In this document: positions 12,830 to 24,879 of the stretch, piece by piece
How the letters are laid out: each line of letters begins with the position of its first letter
Position numbering within the stretch: the stretch's first letter is position 1
Assembly (NCBI GenBank): GCA_024137785.1
Contig: JAHRHZ010000002.1
Span: forward strand, 10,767,263-10,831,262
DNA length: 64,000 nucleotides
Reading direction: 5' to 3'
DNA from: Ginglymostoma cirratum
Lineage: Eukaryota
Made by a program: the position numbers and the translations under genes
Notes under the pieces: generated by a model
What the model saw: the letters and a program-made list of their open reading frames with translations, nothing else
What the model was told of the DNA's origin: nothing
The model's database searches: none

Positions 12830-15800
12830 GTAAGATGTCTAAATGATGAACTTGTTCGTATTAAATGGAACGCAAGGCAAACCTTGAAATGTATGAGGCT
12901 TGTATTTGCTTTGGCACGCAACATGTCACATTAGCAATTTATCACTGGGTACGCTTTTACTTGGTTATGCTATTTTATTGGAGGTGGTTTTATTGGAGTG
13001 ACTATCCAAGCGTTCATTAACTTACGGACGTGCGTGGGTTCACGGATCAAATCCATTCGCCTTCACTAAATCCCTACTCTAAAGCTTTTGCAAGCTGCGA
13101 GTCATGGGAAGTAACAAAAAGAATTATTTCGCTTCTTTATTTCAGTTTCTTAACCAATAGTTCCCCACTGGTGACAGCATGCACATCAGAAACAGTACCT
13201 CTGCAAAGATGTTGATGTCTGGAACTATGGCACAGCGTGAGACTTCAAGTCAAGCCAAAAGACTTCCTGCTTTAAATATTGAACGAAACAGCATGTCATG
13301 GGATATGTCAAAAAAGAAATAGAGCAACGTTTATCACAGATTCTTCAAAATGTAGTAAAATGTTTGCCAGATTATTGGGATGTTGGGGGTGGGGAGAACC
13401 AAAATCTCTTGATGCATTTGTAAGTAAAACGAATTACAAGGATGTTAAAACAGGTGAGATAGAGTCTTGGTAGTTTTAAATCAGTTCTTTACAGTCGTGA
13501 TTTAGCACTAAAACCGATCTTGAAAGTTGACATTTGGCTTAATTTCTGTCAATTGCGTGCAGTTGACATTGGGATCACGGGAAGTCAACAGCAGCGATTA
13601 CTGTTTTAACATCTTTGTAATTCAAAAATTTCAAAAAATATTTCAAAAATATATGACTGTAACATCAGCAATATCATCACGTACTATTGATATCATCACG
13701 TAGTGAAAATGTGCTGCTGTTTTGGTTTTGCAATGGAAGGATTGCACAGTATACCACGTACGTTTGAAATTCATTACCCAATGTTCGATAAAACTGGATA
13801 ACCTCAAATATTAATATCTCCGAAAGTGAATTAACTCAATGGCGCGATTATCCTCCATCATCTTCATCAAAGTAATTACAACTTATTTATAAATCTATCA
13901 CAAAACAGTAAAGTCGTTGAATCAAATTTCCTGTAGTGGGAGAGCTAGTCACTTCATTTTGGAGTGTGAATGGCTGCACAAACTTTAGACAAATACACGC
14001 GACTTTTCCGTCGTTTGAATTCTAATAATAGATTTTAGCAAGAATATTACACGCAGACACCTCAATGTGGCATAAATGTCTGACTTCAGTGTGAAACGTT
14101 GTTTGTTCTTTTACAGCAGTGACTGCTGAGAACATCAAAGTTCTTCAAAGCCCGGCATTTGTTAATGTAACCGAGGGGACGAAGGCCGCTATGCACTGTG
14201 CTCACGAAGGATCTAATGGACCGAGTGTCTTCAGGTGGTTTCGGGACAACACAAACGGAACCGAACTTTGTAACAGCACAGCGCAATACAGAGGCCGGGT
14301 CATTGGGCCAAACAGGGAGAAAATCGACGGAAGGACGGGCGCCTGGATTCAACTAACTAATGTGACATTGAGCGATGAGGCGACCTATTATTGCAAAGTG
14401 GAATTTGTCTCAAGCGGTGAACATTGTGGGCAAGGAACAAGACTTTCTGTGACAGGTGAGCCTGCAACACGTTGCTAACTTGAACAGTGAAGTCGCAAAA
14501 CTATAGAATTGATGAATCTTTTTGTTCACACCTCCTGTCAGTTGTCAATCTTATACTCGTAAAGGTTGGACAGACACAACATCGCTAACGAAGGCATTAG
14601 AAAATCAGATATTACAAACGCTGAGATATACTTCGTTTATTTATCCCACCATATTTCGTGGACGATGTTCAATAATCCGATGGCTAGAATAAGTATTTTG
14701 ATTCTATCTACGAGAAAGACGTTGCAAGGAACATTGCACCAACAGATTAGGAAGCTGAAAAGAGAGAGACGCTTCTGAAGTTACAATCACCAGGGAAGCG
14801 GGATATCACGTCCCCAGGTCCCGATGGCACTCTCATACAGTCTTAAAAGAAATGGCCACTCAGGCTGCAGATGAATTGGTGCTAACTTTCCAAAGTTCGC
14901 TGGGTTCTGGGAAGCTTTCTCGAGGAAAGATTGTGACAAATCGATTCAAGAGGTAGGGAAGCAGCAATCCCTAAGTTATAAGCCAGTACACTAGTCGCAT
15001 GTCGCTCGTAATCGATCAGCAAGATGAGTTTTAGTCGAGAGTTTAGGAAGTCTCAAATTCGTTGGGAATTGTCAGTGCAGTGTTTTGGAAAGGTAATGAT
15101 GTTTAATATTTTACGCGAGTTCTATGGATGGACTGCACTGGGATTTCCAGAAGGCATTTTACAAGGTACCAAGTCCTTGCAAAAAATATAAGTCAGGGGT
15201 ACAATGTCAGTACGGATAGACATTGGCTCGCTGTCTGGGAGAAAACGGAGAGTATGTCTGAATGATTCAGTTTTGTTTGGTAAGCTGTGACGACTGGCAT
15301 CCTACAGATGTCTGTTCTGGGGCCTATCTTTTTGCAAATTATAACAATAACATGAATGAGCCGACCAAAAGCAGGCGACTATGTTGACAGATAGCTCAGA
15401 AATCTGGCGGATGGAGTTCAACGAAGGAAGAAGTGAATACCACAGTCTTCGCCTGACCCAAATGTCAAACAAATGTAGGATTTATAAGTGGAAATAAATC
15501 TAGTGCCGGAATCACATGAGTTAGCGTGCAGTACAGAAAGCAATTAAAACAGATTGTTGAAGAAACTCAGCAAGTCTGGCAGCATCTGCGACAGAGAAAC
15601 AGAGTTAACATTTCGAGTCCAATGACCCTTCTTCAGAAAATAATTCAGTTGACTAAAACAATGCCATCTCTTATGGTCTCATCTTGATTATCAAGAGGAT
15701 CAAATGTTCCGCGGAGAATGCAGGAGAATGGGTTTGACGAACTCCTCAACCATGATTGAATGGCGGAGCATACTCGATGGGCCGATTGGCCTAATTTCTG

Positions 15801-17825
15801 CTCCTATGTCTCATGGATTTCTGATCTCATGGTGTTTTACTGCGATAAGGTCGATGATAAAAGTAGGTACGTTATGCATCCGAGATAGTAGGAACTGCCA
15901 ATGCTGGAGAATGGAGGTCCAGACTCGAAACGTCTGCTTTCCTGCTCCTATGACGCTGCCTGGTCTGCTGTGTTCATCCAGCTCGACACGTTATGCATCA
16001 CTGATATTGGTGAGACCATATCTTCAATGCTGTGCAAACTCTCCTCCCAATTGCAATACAACATATCTATAAACGCCGGAAATACAACACATATCTCATA
16101 TGCGAACGGCATGCGAGGGAATAGAACTGTAAGCCATCTCGTTTTTCGGTTTAATCTGAGGTCAGAGAATAAATCGACTTGAAACGATCTTATTCGATTC
16201 TTCCATGATACCAATCCTGACACCTTCATGATTTTAGCATCTGGTTGCGTGTTGAATTGATCCAATACCCAAGCTGTCTGACCATTCTAGCCAAGCTCTT
16301 CCTTGAGGCGTGCGCTCTGCAGGAATAAAAGGTCGCCGATGTCTTTCTCAAACAGATTTCACTGCACGGAATGTGCGCCGATCAAATGTTCACTTGGCCA
16401 GTCCTTTGAAAATTGATAACATCACCATTCGGAGCCAAGACCGGCTTCTTTGAACTTCATGGAAGAAATGGAGAGTCATCATAGTCCGTTTGCTCCTGAC
16501 CAGCTCTTTGTTAATTCACTGAAAAACGAGAGCGTGACATCGGTATGAATCCAACCTCGTCCGATATATTTCTTATCCGCATCAGCGCGGCCTTGTGCTA
16601 CTCCGTTCTGGTTGATAGAAACCCAATCGTTTTCAGGACAATGTTGAGAGTGAAAAGTTGGATAAAGGGAACACGTTTCTTGAAGCAGAATGGAATCTGA
16701 TTAAATTACCAATTTAAATCAACTTGCCAGCGGGAAACAGGAGAGGGGAGTCAATGGTCTCATGGTATTATCGCTAGACTTTAATTCAGAGAGTCAGCTA
16801 ACATTCTGGGGACCAGGTTTCAAATGCGACAATGGCAGCTGGTGGAAGTTGAGTTCAATGTAGAATTAAGGGTCGAAGGTTTTGTTGGATGAGCACAGCA
16901 GGCCAAGCAGCATCGTAAGAGCAGGAAAGATTGACGTTTCGGTCCTAGTTGAAGGGTCTCGGCCCGAAACATCCAGCTTTCCTGCTCCAATGATGCTGTT
17001 TGGCCTGCTGTATTCATCCAGTTCCACACCTTGTTATCTCGGATTCTCCAGCATCTGCAGTACCTATTATCTCTCGAAGGTTTTGTTATCGACGATGACC
17101 ATGAAATCATTGTTGATTGCTGGGAAAACCACTCTGATCCGTTAAATCCGTTTAGGGAAGGAAACTTCCATCCTTGCCTGGTTTGGCCTACATGTGACTC
17201 CAGACTCACAACACCTGATGGAATCTTAGCTGTCCTACGGGCAGTTAGGGATGTGCAATAAGTGCTGGTCTAGCCAGAGGCGCACAGCCTCTGAGTGAAT
17301 GAAAAAATGCGTTGTGTTCGCCGGAATGCTGCCCAGTAATCCACCCGCACGAACTACCAATGAAGTCAGTTTAGGGGAGTTCAACACAAAAGGATATAAC
17401 TTCCAGGTGAGAGGAGAAAGATTTAAAAGAGACCTGAGGGGCAACGTTTTCATACGGTTCATATGTGGAATGTGCTGCCAGAGAAGGTGGTATATGCAGG
17501 CACAGTTACAAGATTTAAAAGACGTTTGAACAGGTACGTGAATAGGAAAGGTTCAGAGGGACATGAGTCGTACACAGGCAAGTCGCTTTCGTTTAGTATG
17601 GGAAACTGGGTCGCTTAGACGAGTTGTACTAAAGGGTGTGTTTCTGTGCTCTCTGACTCTGTGAAAGCAGGCTCGGGTAAAAATATCAATGACATTTGTT
17701 TCCTTCCGGCAGCGAGGAGCAGAAATCACGCATCGATCAGTTCCAACGGTGGACGGACAGTCCTGGTGATAACAGCCGCGGGATTTCTGACCGTATTCTC
17801 AATGATAATTGCTGTCATCTGCTGA
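12787..17825 (+). CDS. NCR3: Gene 1: NKp30/NCR3-like single VJ-domain type I membrane receptor, join(12787..12829,14117..14455,17713..17825), 164 aa, no cytoplasmic tail (possibly a nonsense allele or pseudogene)
   Basis: Leader, V and TM exons join in phase 1 with GT-AG sites. The V domain carries NKp30-like motifs (WFRD, E-x-x-N-x-T, YRGRV, DEATYYC, GQGTRLSV). The TM TVLVITAAGFLTVFSMIIAV resembles human NKp30 TVLLLRAGFYAVSFLSVAV. Family assignment is from recalled motifs, not a search. Confidence 0.72.
14117..14455 (+). CDS. NCR3: Gene 1 Ig V-set (germline-joined VJ) exon
   Basis: Acceptor TTTTACAG (CAGCAG tandem acceptor), donor AG|GTGAGC. Canonical B-strand Cys, C-strand Trp, D-x-A-x-Y-Y-C and G-x-G-T-x-L-x-V. 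Confidence 0.92.
14790..15815 (+). mobile_element. Old CR1 LINE fragment in gene 1 intron 2
   Basis: SPGPDG and LDFQKAF-like DNA plus a CR1 3' tail. Confidence 0.7.
16745..17305 (+). mobile_element. tRNA-derived SINE interrupted by a palindromic Penelope-like repeat (~16880-17075)
   Basis: SINE head and tail flank an inverted-repeat insertion. Confidence 0.6.
17713..17825 (+). CDS. Gene 1 stalk + transmembrane exon (ARSRNHASISSNGGRTVLVITAAGFLTVFSMIIAVIC*)
   Basis: Acceptor TTTCCTTCCGGCAG, phase 1, about 21 hydrophobic residues, TGA at 17823-17825. It is followed by NKMK and an AAG|GT donor at 17839, matching the gene 2 TM exon end (RMK|). Confidence 0.7.
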
Positions 17826-17947
17826 AACAAAATGAAAGGTGCACATCGCTTCACATCTAAATCCTTCTACACCGCTGGTCATGTCGCTTACATTTTCATG
17901 TATCGATGCTCGGACTATTTGTAAAGTTATATGTTTGGAATGCCCAG

Positions 17948-18949
17948 GTCTCCGAGGTTGGAAATGCCGCAATTACAGATCGGGAACGAAAAGAGGATTT
18001 CCTCGGGTGGGGTTTTCTTTAGTTTGGATTATAAATGGCAAAGTTTAAAACCTGTAACGCCCTTAGTGTTTCAGAAAGGGAAGTGAAATTGGGGGAAACG
18101 CAGAAACATAGCAAATGTGAGTAGGAGTGGGCCACTCATCATCACGCTGCAGCGTTCAAAACGATCCTGGTTGATCCTCTGTCTCAGCGACGCATTCACG
18201 CTTTTTGCCCAGCCAGTAAGTGAAGATTATTGATCCCCTCAACTCAGTCTGTAAACTGAGACTGCGAAACCTCGTTCCAGGTACCACTGTTGTTTGATTT
18301 TTGAAAAAAAAACTTCTTTTTCTCACAACTTTGGGGATCCTTTTCGAATTCTCAACTCCAATTAACAACGAAAACTAGTTTTAACTACTCGCCTTAATTC
18401 AGCTGCATGTTTCCGTCCCTGCTGACTTAATTGTACCCGTACCCTGCGTCTCACGGCAACTTCCTAGCTCAATGTTCAAATCACATCACTTCTCCTTCCC
18501 AACTTGGCAAACGTTTTACGATTAATCTATTACTACAAGAATAAAACTGAAGCATGTATGGATAGAATCCATTGTTTTACAACACTAATTATGTTTTACT
18601 GAACTGAATGCAAAAATCGGCCAAAGGTTTCCTTTGCTTCCCCTTTCCGCCATGAAAAAAATACAATTACCTCTGAGATATATCTATATCGCAGTCGTAT
18701 TTTATATTGTGTGATAACACACGCATTTAATAGAACAGTTACAGTGGATTATAGACAAGATGAGTTAAAATCACAAACTGGGAGTAAGGGAATTATATGG
18801 TGGAGGCGAGTTTGGAAATGTCGAGCTGCGATTTCAAGTCATTTACATTTCTGATGTTTTGCCTTATCCTCCCGACACATCGTGCACAGAAATTCCAGAG
18901 AAGACCATTGTGCAGAATTGAAGATCATCTATATAGCATTCCGGAATAA
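17948..18949 (+). pseudogene. Candidate relic cytoplasmic exons of gene 1: 17948..18006 (GLRGWKCRNYRSGTKRGFPR) and 18890..18949 (KFQRRPLCRIEDHLYSIPE*)
   Basis: Phases chain 1->0->stop from the donor at 17839 and end in a Tyr motif. The splice sites are only moderate (CCCAG/GTGGGG; CACAG). Confidence 0.3.
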
Positions 18950-19299
18950 CCGAGCTTGGTTGTATGTCTACAGCACTGTGATACCTGTTGGCTTTGTTGA
19001 TGTCTATAACCTGCGAAACCAAAATGATTTTCCACACATTGGCTCGAGTGTTCATAGATTTATTAAGCAAGGAGCAGGCGTACAACTCGACAGTGAGTAG
19101 ATAATATCTACAGTCACACTTGGCGATTGAAATGCAACACAGTTCGGAACTGCACACTTCATTTTAACATCCTTTCAAATCATATTTCTCGTGAATCATT
19201 CATTGGAAGGTTTAGGCCAGCATGTATTGCTCACCCGTAGTCGCCCTTGAGGAGTTGGTGGTGAGCTACATTCTGGAACTGCTGCAGTTATCGGGGTGG

Positions 19300-20600
19300 A
19301 ATCAGAACCGTACAGTACAGAGGTGGTGTTTGGACCCAACAAGACTCCGCTGAAAAAAAACTACGCGAAATCCACACAAGTCCCACTTTCCAGCATTTGG
19401 GTATTGTATGTTATGAATTTTTAATTGCTTATCTAAATACATTCTGAAGGCTGTAAGGTTTCCTGCCTCAACTACCCTCCCAGGCATTTCATTCAAGGTG
19501 TCTAACACCCTCTGGGAGAAATTTTGGTTTCCTCATGTCACCTCCAAATACTTTTTATCGTAAAACTATAGCCCTTTATTGCTCAACCTTCAAATAAAGA
19601 GAACAGTTGCTTTCATATTACCCTGTCAATGTGCCTGATAATTTTTTACACATCAGAAATGTCCTCTCTTAGCCTTCGCTCCTGTACTGAAAACAACCCA
19701 AGCTTATCCATCCTCACTTCATCGGCAAACCACTCCACCTGAGGCAACATCTTAGTGCTTCGCCTTTGCATCCCCTGCAATGCAATGACATCATATCTTT
19801 AGTGATGCAGAACTGAAACGGGTCTAAAATATCCGCACTGTTTTCATAATCTATGCCATGAGTGATAAAAACAAGGGTCCCCCATGCTTTTTCAACGACT
19901 AATATCCTGTCACCTTCAGGGATCCGTGGACAAGCACCCTAAGATCCCTTTCTTCACCCGATCTTCTCAGTGTACTGCCATTCGTTGCATACCCCTTGAC
20001 ATTTTATTTCTCTGAACTGCATCAGCTCGCATTTATCAAGATTAAATTCCATCTGACATGATTCTAGTCATGTGACAAATCTTTTTATATCTTTCTGTAA
20101 ACTAGGATGTTCTTCCTCACTGTCGACCAAGCCGTCAACCTTTGTGTCATCCAAAAACTTATTTATCAGACGTCCGCACCCTCACACTCTTTCTTCTATG
20201 TGTAAATCATTTGTAAATATCACAATCAATAAAGGACTCAGTCATGACCTCTTGGGACACTACCGGACACAGGCCTCCAATCAAACAAGCAAATTTCCCC
20301 CACCACCTTCTATCTCCAAGCCCGAAATCAACTTTGGATACCACTTGCCAAGTTACCCTGGATCCCACGTGGCTGTTTTTTTTTTAAAACCAGTTTTCCT
20401 TGTGGAACCTTTGCTGAAATCCACACAATCGAATCATCTATAAAAATCCTCATGTACACACCTGGTTACTTCCTCGAAAATTGTTAGGCATGACTTCACT
20501 CTGATAAAGCGATGACGACTATCTCTAATCAAACCTTGCCTTTTCAAATGGAAATTAAATTTCTCCTTCAGAATTCTATTCAATAGATTTCTTACCACTG
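19300..20600 (-). mobile_element. CR1 LINE fragment
   Basis: Reverse RT and 3' end motifs (KFxDDTKV, LDRLGLF-like). Confidence 0.75.
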
Positions 20601-20834
20601 GTATGACAGTCACGTGTGGATGTTTGAGAGGCTGTTATGGAGTGAGTTCCAGGATTTTGACACGACATCATGTATAATTTATATTATTCCCTCACTTCGA
20701 TTGGTATCATTCTGTGCCAATATTCAACTTTGTCAAAGAGTCTCCGTCCTCTGATCAACACCTTCAATTAATAAAATAGTTTCCTTACAAACCATGACTT
20801 TACCTGTGGGATAGCTCGCATAGTTCATTAAAAA

Positions 20835-21045
20835 CCGAAAGAAATGAGGATGCTGTAAATCAGAAACAAAAACAGAAGTTGCTGGAAAATCTCAGCAAGT
20901 CCGGTAGCATCTGTGAAGAAAATATCCGAGTTAACATTTCGGGTACCGTTCTCAGAAAAGGTCACTGGACCGAAAATGTTAATTCTGATTTTTTTCTTCA
21001 CAGATGCTGCCAGACCTGCTGAGCTTTTCCAGCAACTTCTGTTTT
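20835..21045. mobile_element. Palindromic Penelope-like terminal repeat
   Basis: Inverted arms GCTGGAAAATCTCAGCAAGTCCGGTAGCATCTG / CAGATGCTGCCAGACCTGCTGAGCTTTTCCAGC. Confidence 0.65.
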
Positions 21046-23223
21046 CCTCGCACAGTTCATCATCTTTTGAATCATTTCAATCTTGTTGCAAATCATTGTC
21101 TTATTATCACATGAAAGAAGTCAGATGGCCTGGTGGTCAGTGGTTAACACTGCCGTCTCAACGAACACGTGACTGCGCGGGTTTCCTTCCACAGTCGAAA
21201 GGTGTGCCGCTCAGGACGATTGGCTCTGCTAAATTGTCTTTAGTGTCCCGAGATGTGCAGGCTAGGGAGATTAACATGGAAAATGCAGGGTTCTGGGGTA
21301 GATTGGAATGCTCTACCGGAAGTCACTGCGCGCTCGTTGGGCCAAAAGTCCTGCTTCGACACTTCAGAGATTCGATGAACCAATTGCGCCTTTTGATTTT
21401 ATTATGTTCGTTTGAAAAACAAGCAATTCCCACATGTTCTACAAAACAGGATTGAAAACCTAATATTTACCTCAACATGTTTTTCTTCTTCAAGCTATCT
21501 TATGGTCTTGAAACCACATAATAATTCATACCTTCTTAAAATTTAGGAAACAACGTACAATAACACTGTATGCACTAACAGTAATTACAGTTTCGGAAAA
21601 GAAAGTGCCATCCTCACCTGGTCTGGCCTACATGTGACTCCAGACGCACAGCAATGGGGTTGACTCTCAACTGTCCTCTGGACAATTAGGGATTAGCAAT
21701 AAATGCTGCCTAGCCAGCGATGCCCTCATCCCGTGAATGAATAAGGAAAAAAGTTTCCGATTGCTCAGACAGTTAGCGCCCAACTACCGAATATGTGGCC
21801 GCTAGATTCTAATGCATGGAAATCAAAGCAAATCCCTTCCTTGGTCATGTTTTTATTGGCATTTCACAGCTAAAGAAATGTTCTGTTCTACCGTCATTTA
21901 TTATGTCTTGAAGCAACCCTTGTAACAGTTGCATATGTTTAGACGTAAAATATTTTCAAAAACAAAACAAAATCTATTAGAAATCAGTTTGGAGTATTCA
22001 AATGAAACATTTCACTGTTCTTGTCATTTAATCACACTATAAACTGATTCTAAAAAGGCATTGCCTACGACGATGTCCAGTCAATAAATTACTATTTTTT
22101 CATCTTCAAGATAATAATTGAGTTAGTTATTAGGTCTGTTTTCATGCTTCTCAACGATTCCTCAACTTTAGGGTGTCAATTCTTGATTGAAAACGCTGAC
22201 TAAGAACAATTTGCAGAAGAAACAGAAAGGAAGATGAACCTACGAAGTGAATATATCGACAGCATGAACATATATTTATATATTCTTCGATTTATTTGTA
22301 TCCACTTTGTTAACAATTTTTGTCCACTTGGTATATTTTGTAATGTATTCTATTTGTCTTCAACCATGGAAATGGAGAAGATACGGTGCAATATTGCGCG
22401 CTGGACTTTTAAAAAAATGGAGCGAACATTTTTCGAGAAAGACAAGGTGGTATAGAATTTGTTGAAACATTTATATTCATGATACTTACCTTGATATCAC
22501 AGAATTATGTAGTATATTAAGCAATACGGAAGCATTTCATTCAAACTTTCTATTTCATGGTACGTCTGTATCCACCTATCTTTCATAATATTAATATTAG
22601 TATTAGAAATCTCACTGAAAAATTCATCAGAATCATTACATGGAATTCTCAAAACTGTTATTGTCCCTTAATATATTCTGATGGCTCCAAGACACTGAAT
22701 TACTCATGACGTAATTCAGCGTTGGTTGATGAATATGGTTATGTTATAGAATGTGGCGATCAACTTCACTGATCAATTAATTAGAGTAAGCAAGTGCATC
22801 GTTCCTGGTTTGAATTCTAAACACTCGCTGCTAGCTTGAGAAAACAAAAATTACTCAAAACCAATTGAACAGAAAACATGGCAATGTGCCACGGGTTCTT
22901 CAATGTATAAAAATCAATTTGAAGTTTAGCTGGCGAAACACACAAAACAAATATTGTTGAATTAATAATTGAATATTGTTGAAATAATAATGTGATCCGA
23001 ATTACGTTCATATTTTACTTTCCTCAAACAGACAGGTGCAGAGGACAAAGTACAATGTTGCTCATTAAAATTAAATGAAAAACGTGAAAACCAGTAAGTC
23101 TGAAGATAAGAACAAGAGAAGATTATATTGGATTTGTGAAATTATGTCACAAACTTGACGTCGCTCAATATTTTTATCTCCAAAATGATTGCATATTTTA
23201 AGGATGTGCAATTCAGCATAACT

Positions 23224-23270
23224 ATCTATCTATCTATTTATCTATCTATCTGTCTGTCTGTCTATCTATC
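23224..23270. repeat. (TATC/TGTC)n microsatellite
   Basis: Direct reading. Confidence 0.9.
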
Positions 23271-23960
23271 GTACGAGCAATATAAGCTATTCAGACCCTC
23301 CAGCTTGCACTGACAGAAGAGGTGACGGTTGGTCATCCGTTGTCATAACCCCTCACTATCCCCATTTCCTTAATACCTCGAGAGAATAGAAATCTATCGA
23401 CCTCTGCCTTGAACTAACTTAATGACTGACATTTCAGAGCCCTCTGAAGTATTGAATTTTACAAATTCATCACCTCCCAGTGAAGAAGATTCTTCTGCAC
23501 ACTGTTCTATGTCGCTTGACATTTATTCTAAGACTGTGTCCCAAGGTTCTAGACCCCGTGGCTAGGATAACGTTCCTTTTTCCATGTATTATATCACTTG
23601 AATAATTTCATATCTTTCAATGAGTTTGACTCTCGTTCTTCTAAACTCCGTAGAATAAAGACTCAGTCTCCTCATCAGTCGTCATAGGACAGTCCCAAGA
23701 ACTCAGTGTTCAGTTTCGTGAGCATTTCTTGCTTTGCCTCCAGGACAGCTGTGTCCATCCACATGATAGGGGACGATATACACATACAATACTCCGGAGG
23801 CAGTCTCATCAGTGTGATAAATAACTGAACTTCGGTTTCTTTGCTCCTGTCCTGAATCTCTTCTTGTGATAAAGGTTAACATATCTTTTGCCTTCTGAGT
23901 CTCTTGCTGCTGCTTGTGCAGGCTAACTTTCAGGGACTTTTGGACAAGGCCACCGAGATT
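23270..23960 (-). mobile_element. Old CR1 LINE fragment
   Basis: Reverse CR1 3' ORF2 and tail similarity to other copies in the window. Confidence 0.6.
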
Positions 23961-24879
23961 ATAGTTTTAATGAGTAGTACATGCTGACTTTTTTTAAAAA
24001 TTGTTTACCTGAAGGTATAATCTATTCACTGTAGTAATGATTCTTATTCAGTACAGAAAACTGTTCGTTGCTTTCTATATGGGTCTATATCAATATGGGT
24101 CCGAAAATCCGTAACATTGGGGACGTTGAGATCATTTAAAAGTGTTTAAGTTTTGTGATGATTCCGGGAATAACACGGTTGTATTTCCATGGTGCTGCTC
24201 CAACGACCGGCGACAACTCTACCAGATTTGGCAGACAAAGCTAGGTTGTGGGGGCGGGCTTGGGGGTACAACCAGCTCGAGGATTGCATGTTGAAAGAAG
24301 TATAAATCAGAATTCCAGCACCTTATCTACCAGCCAGTGCCTGAGTATGTGCACTTTACACCTCCCCGGTATGGCACCGGTAAATGGTGTTGGCGTGATT
24401 ACGTTGGATACCTTGAACACCGCTCATGACCCCATTGGCAATTACTCCCTCAGCAAAGACACACAGCAAGACTCGTCACGGAAGATGAAGAGACAACCCA
24501 AGAAGACCCAGGAGAAGTTCTAACCTTACCTGGGAGACCCGTCTTCATGGAAGGGAGCCAGTCCCACACCAGACCGGAAGTAGATTCCAATGGCTCAGCT
24601 CAAACTCGCAAATTGACGTCGGTATTATCCTTTCTCAGACAGATAGAACTTAATAGAGAGTAAATATATGGGAATTTGGGAAATGTTCACATGATATTAA
24701 TAAGGAATATATTTGCTAATAAAATTGAATAGAACTGCAGTCTAACTTATGTGTCCCTTTGTCCACCACACAGACGAGAGTACAAGGGTAAAGTGCTTTT
24801 AATACATAAACATGTCCAAGTGCCCAAAGTACGGATAACATGACGAACACATTTTTGAATATATACGACAGCTCACTTT

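Noticed and set aside
16549-16700. Arg-containing hydrophobic stretch (PIYFLIRISAALCYSVLV) as an alternative activating TM exon for gene 1
   Set aside because: Preceded by an in-frame TGA, no phase-1 acceptor, and the hydrophobic run is marginal.
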